Shown here: one piece after another, positions 57,328 through 64,000 of the stretch
Layout: every line of letters begins with the position of its first letter
Position numbering within the stretch: the first letter of the stretch is position 1
Origin: Nitrospirota bacterium
GTDB taxonomy: Bacteria > Nitrospirota > UBA9217
Length of the DNA stretch: 64,000 nt
NCBI GenBank assembly: GCA_963840455.1
Contig: CAWIYV010000014.1
Span: 448,001-512,000, forward strand
Reading direction: 5' to 3'
Translations under genes and position numbers: made by a program
Notes under the pieces: generated by a model
Told to the model about the DNA's origin: nothing
Databases searched by the model: none
Seen by the model: only the letters and a program-made list of their open reading frames with translations

Positions 57328-57384
57328 GGAGTCAGGAGAAAGGTAGTCTCCTGGCAGGGGTCCCCTCTGGCTCCGGGCTCCTGG

Positions 57385-57948
57385 CTACTTTCCTCTCAGG
57401 CTCAGGTCCACGGCCGGTGTTGCACGGGTCGCTTCCGGGGCCTCAAAGTACTCTTCCGCGCGGAAGTTGAACAGCGAGGAGACGACGTTGTTGGGGAAGA
57501 CCTGGAGCGCCGTGCGGTAGTTCGCCACCAGGTCGTTGTAGAGCTGACGGGCGAAGGCGATGCGGTTCTCGGTGGAGGTGAGCTCCTCCTGGAGCTGCAA
57601 GACGTTCTGGTTGCTCTTGAGGGCCGGGTAGTTCTCCATGACCGCAAAGAGCTTGCCGAGGGCCTGGGTGAGCATGTTCTCGGCCTCGGCCTTGGACTGC
57701 GGCCCTGTTGCCCCCACGGCCTTTGCCCGCGCCGAGATCACCTTTTCGAGCGTGTCCTGCTCGAACTCCAAGGCCCCTTTGACCGTGGAGACAAGGTTGG
57801 GGATGAGGTCGTGCCGCCGGTTCAGCTGCACGTCGATCTGTTTCCAGGAACCCTGGACATCGTTCCGTTTTGCCACAAGACCGTTGTAGATCACGATCAG
57901 CCACAGGATGCCGAGAACCAGTACACCAAGTAAGAACCAGCCTACCAT
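57385..57948 (-). CDS. lemA: LemA family protein
   Basis: QIDVQLNRRHDLIPNLV, ENYPALKS and TENRIAFARQLYND motifs. Confidence 0.96.
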   Translation of the reverse strand: MVGWFLLGVLVLGILWLIVIYNGLVAKRNDVQGSWKQIDVQLNRRHDLIPNLVSTVKGALEFEQDTLEKVISARAKAVGATGPQSKAEAENMLTQALGKLFAVMENYPALKSNQNVLQLQEELTSTENRIAFARQLYNDLVANYRTALQVFPNNVVSSLFNFRAEEYFEAPEATRATPAVDLSLRGK

Positions 57949-58008
57949 AGGGCCTCCTTGCGAACAGGCAGTGCCAAGAATGGCTGTATTATAACATACT
58001 ATCCCGCG

Positions 58009-58848
58009 TCACTCGCCGGCAAGCAGCGGCATGCCGGAGGTCGGGAAGATGCCGCGCTTCTCGGCCTCGGCGAAGAGCCGCCGGACCGCCGCAGTCCCCT
58101 CGTTGCCGAGGTCCAGGGAAAGGTCGTTCACGTACAGGTCGATGTGCTTCTGCATCACCGTCTCGTCCATTTCCTGACTGTGCCGACGGCAATAGGACAG
58201 GACCTCCGCCTCGTTCGCCCGAGCGTAGCGGATACTTTCCCGGATCCCCTCCTCTACCATCAGCAGTATATCCGACCCGAGCGAACGCAGTCCTAAGATC
58301 CCACCGAGGGGGATGGGGAGGCCGGAATATCGCTCCCACCATTCACCGAGATCAAGGAGCTTCTCCAGTTTATAGAGCGGATAGGTGAACCGGCTCTCAT
58401 GGATGATCAGGCCGGCGGTCACCGCGCCGTCCGCCACGGCCCGCATGATGCGGTCGAAGGTCATTAGCATCACGTTCGTCAGCGCCGGGTCATAGAGACG
58501 AAGGAGGAGCCAGGCGGTCGTGAGCTTCCCCGGGATGGCCACGGTCCCGCTCCGGACATTCTCAAGTTCTGTGCCGGGCCGCGCCACGAGGAGCGGCCCG
58601 CATCCCCGTCCCAGCGCTCCGCCGGACCGGAGCAGGGCATAACGTTCCCGGAGATGCCCCAGGGCATGATAGGATATCTTGGTAAGGTCCAGTTCGCCCG
58701 TGAGCGCCAGCTGGTTCAGGGTCTCCACGTCCTCGAGCCGCTCGCGGAACGTGATGCCCGGGACACGGACCTTGCCGTGCACGAGGGCGTAGAAGATATA
58801 GGTGTCGTTGGGGCAGGGAGAGTAGCCGATGGTGAGCTGTTGTTCCAT
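58009..58848 (-). CDS. mqnD: 1,4-dihydroxy-6-naphthoate synthase
   Basis: GYSPCPNDTYIF, GALGRGCGP, IIHESRFTY and HIDLYVN motifs. Confidence 0.94.
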   Translation of the reverse strand: MEQQLTIGYSPCPNDTYIFYALVHGKVRVPGITFRERLEDVETLNQLALTGELDLTKISYHALGHLRERYALLRSGGALGRGCGPLLVARPGTELENVRSGTVAIPGKLTTAWLLLRLYDPALTNVMLMTFDRIMRAVADGAVTAGLIIHESRFTYPLYKLEKLLDLGEWWERYSGLPIPLGGILGLRSLGSDILLMVEEGIRESIRYARANEAEVLSYCRRHSQEMDETVMQKHIDLYVNDLSLDLGNEGTAAVRRLFAEAEKRGIFPTSGMPLLAGE

Positions 58849-58898
58849 TAGAGGTCCCGGAAAGGAGTGCCGCATTCCGCGAAACGGTATTTCGGACG

Positions 58899-59037
58899 TT
58901 GAAGCTCCCTGCAGCAAGACTTCGGCGAGCTCAGTCGAGTCGCTGCAGGGAATCTTCGATCCTCAAGGTAGTGGTTTTATTCTAATCGCTCGCTAACCCC
59001 GCGCAGGCTACGGGGTTAGCGCTCGCTCCTGGATTCA
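58899..59037. mobile_element. Double-hairpin element, copy 2, with a 24-bp insertion
   Basis: Same termini as copy 1; GACTTCGGCGAGCTCAGTCGAGTC inserted in the first hairpin loop. Confidence 0.75.
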
Positions 59038-59090
59038 TTCCGCAATCGTTCGGCCGAGCTCACGACGAAGTCCGCAATCCGCCATTCGAT

Positions 59091-59822
59091 TCATCCATCC
59101 CATCCCTTCAGGATGCTGACAACGGCCTTTTGGACGGACTTGGCCGCCCGCGGGATATCCCACTTCTTCAGGTTGCGGTCCTCGACGATGTTCGAAATGC
59201 CGCGCACCTCGAGCCAGGGGACATTGTGGAGCGCCGCCACCTGGGCGACCGCCGCCCCCTCCATGTTCTCGCACAGGCCGTGGTAGCGCTCCTCCAGTTC
59301 CATCGCCCGCGCGGAGGTCCCCGTGCAGGTCGAGAGAGTGACGAAGGGGCCGAAATGCACTTTGCCGCTGCCTGGCTCCGCGGTGGTAATGAGCGTATGG
59401 AGCGACTGTTTCAGCAGTCGTTCCGATGCAGGGTAGGTCGTGAAGATCACCGAGGATGCGGTCTTGAGAAGCGGTATGCCAATATATTCCGTGTCCATGA
59501 ACCCGTCATGGGTCAGCACGCCTTCATCGCCGGCGATCTCCTGATGAGCGAGGGCCACGTCGCCTACGGCCGCGCCAGATGAGGGATAGGCGCCGCCGAC
59601 ACCGAACAGGACAAGCGCCTCGGGGGCGAACTCAGCGATCATGAGGGTGGCGGCGTGCGCGGCATTGACCTTGCCCATCCCGCCCACGCAGAGCAGGACA
59701 TCGCGGCCCGCGAGGGTCCCCGCGATTATGGATTTTGATCCGAGCTGCGTGGTCGCCTTCACCGTGGTCCATGCCAGGATATGTTCGGCTTCGGCCTGTA
59801 CTGAGCAGAGCAGCGCGATCAT
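59091..59822 (-). CDS. mqnB: Futalosine hydrolase
   Basis: PNP/MTAN fold (GMGKVNAA, GVGGAY, ENMEGAAVA, RGISN); adjacent to mqnD. Confidence 0.9.
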   Translation of the reverse strand: MIALLCSVQAEAEHILAWTTVKATTQLGSKSIIAGTLAGRDVLLCVGGMGKVNAAHAATLMIAEFAPEALVLFGVGGAYPSSGAAVGDVALAHQEIAGDEGVLTHDGFMDTEYIGIPLLKTASSVIFTTYPASERLLKQSLHTLITTAEPGSGKVHFGPFVTLSTCTGTSARAMELEERYHGLCENMEGAAVAQVAALHNVPWLEVRGISNIVEDRNLKKWDIPRAAKSVQKAVVSILKGWDG

Positions 59823-59976
59823 GAAGGCCCCTTTGCATCTCCCGAAAGCGACCGGCATCAAGATTACAGCATTTCCCGATGTGACAGGCGGTCTGCTGCG
59901 GAGAAAAGTGTCGTCGCTTTAATCCGGCATCCCGGAACACCGTTCATATCGTACCAATTATATACCATACTTTTGA

Positions 59977-60005
59977 TTGCACTTCTATTCCAAATTTGCT
60001 ATGAT
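59977..60005 (+). promoter_or_regulatory. Putative sigma-70 promoter of aroC
   Basis: TTGCAC-17 bp-TATGAT with a TG extension. Confidence 0.55.
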
Positions 60006-60137
60006 GAGCCCGATTTTACAGGGTTTTTTCGAGATTCTGGCAGCGCGGGACGATGGCTCCGAAGGAGCAATGGCTCACAAGTTGTTGTATTGTAAGTAAA
60101 TTATCGTGTTCCTGGCCGGTGATACGAAGGAGGGTCA

Positions 60138-61331
60138 ATGTTACGCTATTTAACTGCAGGAGAGTCTCACGGGGAACTTCTGATGGGCATCATCGAAGGT
60201 GTGCCTGCCGGCCTGCTCATCCGGGTCACGGACATCGACAACGACCTCGGACGCCGTCAAGCGGGATACGGCCGGGGCGGCAGGATGAAGATCGAGAAGG
60301 ACACGGTCAAGATCCTCACGGGCGTGCGCTGGGGCAGGACCCTGGGCAGCCCCATCGGCCTGATGGTCAGGAACAAGGATTGGGACAACTGGCGAGCCAA
60401 GATGTCCCCGGACCCATCGTTCCTGAACACAGCCGAACCCGTGACGCGTCCGCGGCCGGGACACGCGGACCTTGCCGGCGCGCTCAAGTACGGCATGGCG
60501 GACATCCGCAACATCCTGGAGCGTTCCAGCGCCAGGGAGACGGCCATGCGCGTGGCCGTCGGCGCCGTGGCAAAGCGGCTCCTGGACGAGTTCGGCATCG
60601 GCATCACGAGTCACGTGATCGCCATCGGCGGGGTATACGCCAAGGGTGACCGGATGTCCCTCAAGGAGGTCCGGAAGCGGGCCGAGGCGTCGGAGCTTCG
60701 CTGCGCCGACCAGCAGGCAGAGAAGCGGATGATGCACAGGATCGACGAGGCCGCGCGCGCCGGGGACTCCCTGGGCGGCATCTATGAGATCATTGTTTCC
60801 GGTGTGCCGGTGGGGCTCGGCAGCCACGCCCATTGGGACCGCAAGCTCGACGCGCGCCTCGCCGCGGCCATCATGAGCATCCAGGCCATGAAGGGCGTCG
60901 AGGTCGGCTCGGGATTCGGCGTCGCCAACAAGCCGGGATCGCAGGTGCACGACGAGATCTTCTGGGGGCCCAAAGGCGGCTTCTTCCGCAAAACGAACCA
61001 CGCCGGCGGTATTGAGGGCGGCATGAGCAACGGGGAGGACATCACGCTCCGGGCCGCCATGAAACCGATCCCCACGCTGATGAGGCCGCTCCGCTCGGTG
61101 GATATCGTGACCCGGAAACCCTTCAAGGCCGCGGTGGAACGCTCCGATGTGTGCGCCGTACCCGCTGCCACCGTGGTGGGCGAGGCCGTCACGGCCTTCG
61201 AGATCGCTGTGGCCCTGATAGAGAAGTTCGGCGGCGACAGCATCGATGAGATGAAGCGGAACCACGAGCAGTACCGAAAGTACCTCAAGGATAGGATGGG
61301 AATCGTCGAGGAAGAGGCAACGAAACAGTAA
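60138..61331 (+). CDS. aroC: Chorismate synthase
   Basis: [23 protein letters not shown] and MKPIPTL motifs. Confidence 0.98.
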   Translation: MLRYLTAGESHGELLMGIIEGVPAGLLIRVTDIDNDLGRRQAGYGRGGRMKIEKDTVKILTGVRWGRTLGSPIGLMVRNKDWDNWRAKMSPDPSFLNTAEPVTRPRPGHADLAGALKYGMADIRNILERSSARETAMRVAVGAVAKRLLDEFGIGITSHVIAIGGVYAKGDRMSLKEVRKRAEASELRCADQQAEKRMMHRIDEAARAGDSLGGIYEIIVSGVPVGLGSHAHWDRKLDARLAAAIMSIQAMKGVEVGSGFGVANKPGSQVHDEIFWGPKGGFFRKTNHAGGIEGGMSNGEDITLRAAMKPIPTLMRPLRSVDIVTRKPFKAAVERSDVCAVPAATVVGEAVTAFEIAVALIEKFGGDSIDEMKRNHEQYRKYLKDRMGIVEEEATKQ

Positions 61332-61344
61332 TAAATATAGGTTG

Positions 61345-61462
61345 TTTACCGCAGAGATCGCTGAGAGCGCAGAGAAAATGCAACGGAGCAGGCGTGGCTT
61401 TCCTGCTGCAGCGTCAAGAACCAAAAGTTTTCTCAGCGTGCTCCGCCCCCTCTGCGGTGAAA
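61345..61462. repeat. Inverted-repeat element, 9-nt-periodic family (no ORF inside)
   Basis: TTTACCGCAGAGATCGCTGAGAGCGCAGAGAAAA facing TTTTCTCAGCGTGCTCCGCCCCCTCTGCGGTGAAA. Confidence 0.8.
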
Positions 61463-61475
61463 AGGTTTTCTGCTT

Positions 61476-61991
61476 ATGTTCAAGAACATCATCCTCACGG
61501 GTTTCATGGGCGTCGGCAAGACGAGCGTGGGAACGCGGCTGGCGAAGGACCTGGGCTACGTTTTTATTGACACCGATGAGCTGATCGAGGCGGACCAGAA
61601 GATCACCATCACGGAGATCTTCTCGAACTTCGGTGAACCGTACTTCCGCGACGTGGAGACGCGCGTCATCAAGCGGCTTCTTGAGAGCGAGGGCCAGGTG
61701 GTATCCACCGGCGGCGGTGCCGTGATCCGCGATGAGAACCGCAGGGCCTTCAAGGAGAACGGGGTAACCATCTGCCTCACCGCCCATCCGGAAAGCATCT
61801 ATGCGCGGATCAGGCACGAGACGCACCGGCCGCTGTTGCAGGGAAAGGACCCGCTGGCGAAGATACGGGAGCTGCTGGATGCCCGGGACCAGTTCTACCG
61901 CCAGGCGGACTTTGTCATCGATACCTCGGAGCGGTCCGTGGATGACGTGATCGTCGAGATCAAAGAGAAGGTACGCTATGCATGTTGTTAA
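61476..61991 (+). CDS. aroK: Shikimate kinase
   Basis: GFMGVGKT, STGGG and RPLL motifs. Confidence 0.97.
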   Translation: MFKNIILTGFMGVGKTSVGTRLAKDLGYVFIDTDELIEADQKITITEIFSNFGEPYFRDVETRVIKRLLESEGQVVSTGGGAVIRDENRRAFKENGVTICLTAHPESIYARIRHETHRPLLQGKDPLAKIRELLDARDQFYRQADFVIDTSERSVDDVIVEIKEKVRYACC

Positions 61992-63060
61992 AGTAGAGCT
62001 CGGCGCGCGGAGCTACGACATCCTCATCGGCGCGAAGCTTGACAAGCTCGGCGAAGAGATGGGCAGGCTCCGCTTCGGCCGGAAGACCGCCGTGGTCACG
62101 AATCCCACGGTGAACGGGCTCTACGGCCAACGCGTGCTCAAGGCCCTGGCGGCTGCCGACTTTCTGGCGATGCCCGTGGAGGTCCCCGACGGCGAACAGT
62201 ACAAGACCCTGGACTGGGCCAATGCTGTCTTCACCGCGCTCCTGATCAACACCTTCGACCGCCGCTCGCCGCTCGTGGCGCTGGGCGGCGGCGTGATCGG
62301 CGACCTGACGGGCTTTGCCGCTTCCTGCTACATGCGGGGCGTGCCCTTCGTCCAGGTGCCGACGACGCTCCTCGCCATGGTGGACAGCAGCGTCGGCGGC
62401 AAGACCGGCGTGAACCACCCCATGGGCAAGAACATGATCGGAGCGTTCTACCAGCCCCGGCTCGTGCTCATGGACCTGGACACGCTCAAGACGCTGCCGA
62501 AGGAGGAGTTCCTCTCGGGCATGGCCGAGGTGATCAAGTACGGCGTGATCTGGGACCGCGAACTGTTCGATTTCCTCGACAAGAACCGGGAGAAGGTCCT
62601 CGCCCAGGAGCAGGGGCCGCTGGGTCACATCATCCGGCGTTCCTGCGAGATCAAGGCGGACGTGACGAGCAAGGACGAACGCGAAGGCGGTCTCCGCGCC
62701 ATTCTGAACCTCGGCCACACGGTGGGGCACGCGGTCGAGACGTTGTCGAACTATACGGTGCGCCATGGCGAGGCAGTGGCCATCGGCATGGTGTATGCCT
62801 CGAAGCTTGCCCATCGCATTGGTCAGTGCGACGCCAGGGTCCCGGAGCGGGTGGGAAAGCTGGTCCGCGACTACGGCCTGCCGTTCAGCCTCGCGGTCCT
62901 GAAGCGCCGGCCTTCCGTCGCCGAGCTCATGGACGCCATCCAGGTGGACAAGAAGGCCGAGGGCGGCAAGGTGCGCCTGGTCCTGCCGAAGAAGGTCGGC
63001 GAGGTCGTCATGACCGGGGAGTGGGACGAGCAGCAGCTCAGGACGCTGCTCGCCGAATAA
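61978..63060 (+). CDS. aroB: 3-dehydroquinate synthase
   Basis: GGGVIGDL, DSSVGGKTG, LNLGHTVGHA and HGEAV motifs. Confidence 0.98.
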   Translation: MHVVKVELGARSYDILIGAKLDKLGEEMGRLRFGRKTAVVTNPTVNGLYGQRVLKALAAADFLAMPVEVPDGEQYKTLDWANAVFTALLINTFDRRSPLVALGGGVIGDLTGFAASCYMRGVPFVQVPTTLLAMVDSSVGGKTGVNHPMGKNMIGAFYQPRLVLMDLDTLKTLPKEEFLSGMAEVIKYGVIWDRELFDFLDKNREKVLAQEQGPLGHIIRRSCEIKADVTSKDEREGGLRAILNLGHTVGHAVETLSNYTVRHGEAVAIGMVYASKLAHRIGQCDARVPERVGKLVRDYGLPFSLAVLKRRPSVAELMDAIQVDKKAEGGKVRLVLPKKVGEVVMTGEWDEQQLRTLLAE

Positions 63061-63086
63061 GGCGAAGCGATCACAAGGAGGGAAGC

Positions 63087-63779
63087 ATGAGCGAATATAT
63101 CTGGCAATGCCCGTTCTGCGGCTCGGATCAGCCCGTGACGGACAATGAGCGGCAGGTGGTCATTGCGGACCTGACGCTGCCGAACGCGGACGGCACGCGC
63201 CGCCTCGTGACCAAGTTCGTGGTCTGCCCCAACGCGAAATGCCGCAAGTTCTCGCTGACCGCGTCCCTGCACGGCCGTGAGGTCGTCGGGACGAGGGTCT
63301 ACACGGGAAAGCACCTCACTTCCTGGAACCTCGTGCCGCCATCGCGCGCCCGGGCATTCCCGGTCTCGCTTCCGCCGGAGGTCCTTGAAGACTATCATGA
63401 GGCCTGTCTCACCCTCGACCTGAGCCCCAAGGTATCGGCGGCCTTGTCCCGGCGCTGCATCTCGGCGATGCTGAGGGACTACTGGCGTGTGCAGCCGGGA
63501 AGCCTGAACGACGAGCTTCGCCAGATCAAGGGCACTGCGGACCCGCTCACCTGGGAGGCCATCGAGTCCATCCGGAGGAGCGGCATGATCGGTGCCCGCA
63601 TGGAGGCAGAAGGTGCCGAGGTACAGGACACCGATCCCGGTGAAGCGGAACTGCTGATCGGCCTGATCGAAACGTTGATCCAGGACTGGTATATCGCCCG
63701 GGAGGAGCGTCGGAAACGGCTTCAGAAGATACGCCGGATCACCGGCGAGGAAACAGCGGAAAAGGAGGCAGACGAATGA
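63087..63779 (+). CDS. DUF4145-like protein with N-terminal zinc ribbon
   Basis: AGGAGG RBS; CPFC...CPNAKC; EDYHEACL..SPKVSAALSRRC pattern typical of DUF4145 proteins. Confidence 0.78.
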   Translation: MSEYIWQCPFCGSDQPVTDNERQVVIADLTLPNADGTRRLVTKFVVCPNAKCRKFSLTASLHGREVVGTRVYTGKHLTSWNLVPPSRARAFPVSLPPEVLEDYHEACLTLDLSPKVSAALSRRCISAMLRDYWRVQPGSLNDELRQIKGTADPLTWEAIESIRRSGMIGARMEAEGAEVQDTDPGEAELLIGLIETLIQDWYIAREERRKRLQKIRRITGEETAEKEADE

Positions 63780-63832
63780 CGCGGCAGGAATGCTTTTATC
63801 CAGGAACGTCCCTCAGGAAAGGCGGTGAAACT

Positions 63833-64000
63833 ATGGTACGACGAATGATGATCTGGTGCTTTGTCCTCAGCGGCATCATAGCAATGATGCCCGGCAGCGT
63901 CCTGTCTGCCGATGCTGTCACGGGCCCGAAACAATACTGGCAAAAAGCGACAGAGTACGCTGGCAACAAGCTGTACCTTGATGCGGTTGAGTATTACACC
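63833..64000 (+). CDS. Partial exported protein, probably TPR-containing (truncated by window end)
   Basis: MVRRMMIWCFVLSGIIAMMPGSVLSA...YLDAVEYYT is open to the window edge. Confidence 0.55.
   Translation, partial: MVRRMMIWCFVLSGIIAMMPGSVLSADAVTGPKQYWQKATEYAGNKLYLDAVEYYT

Noticed and set aside
57182-58917. Shared N-terminus MLQGAS on the htpX-like and mqnD ORF calls
   Set aside because: It is an artefact of the repeated MITE sequence. The true starts are likely 57181 and 58848.
62826-63086. N-terminal 87-aa extension of the DUF4145 ORF
   Set aside because: It overlaps aroB in another frame, and a strong RBS supports the start at 63087.

Overview
Core chromosome segment of a GC-rich (roughly 60%) diderm bacterium. 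The futalosine genes, sigma-54 signalling and OmpJ-like porin suggest Nitrospirota or Desulfobacterota (inference). Positions 4016-39908 are housekeeping: cysS, rlmB, five tRNAs, two near-identical tuf genes, rpmG-secE-nusG-rplKAJL-rpoBC and the str, S10, spc and alpha operons (adk is absent). The remainder holds a stand-alone LigD phosphoesterase, a four-gene kinase/HD-GYP/sigma-54 cluster, two outer-membrane barrels, fchA-folD, ccdA plus a MerR regulator, mqnB-mqnD-lemA-htpX-moaD/E and aroC-aroK-aroB. The most striking unexplained signal is a set of intergenic repeats. (1) Four elements are bounded by 9-nt-periodic inverted repeats (ACCGCGAAG.../ACCGCAGAG...). One encloses a frameshifted GxxExxY PD-(D/E)xK-type gene and three are empty, suggesting a nuclease-associated REP/MITE-like mobile system. 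(2) Many 7-nt-periodic inverted arrays lie in the tRNA and ribosomal spacers. (3) Two copies of a ~117-bp IS200/IS605-like hairpin element sit in or beside those arrays, and one carries a further 24-bp hairpin insert. FolD has lost both cyclohydrolase residues and is paired with FchA.
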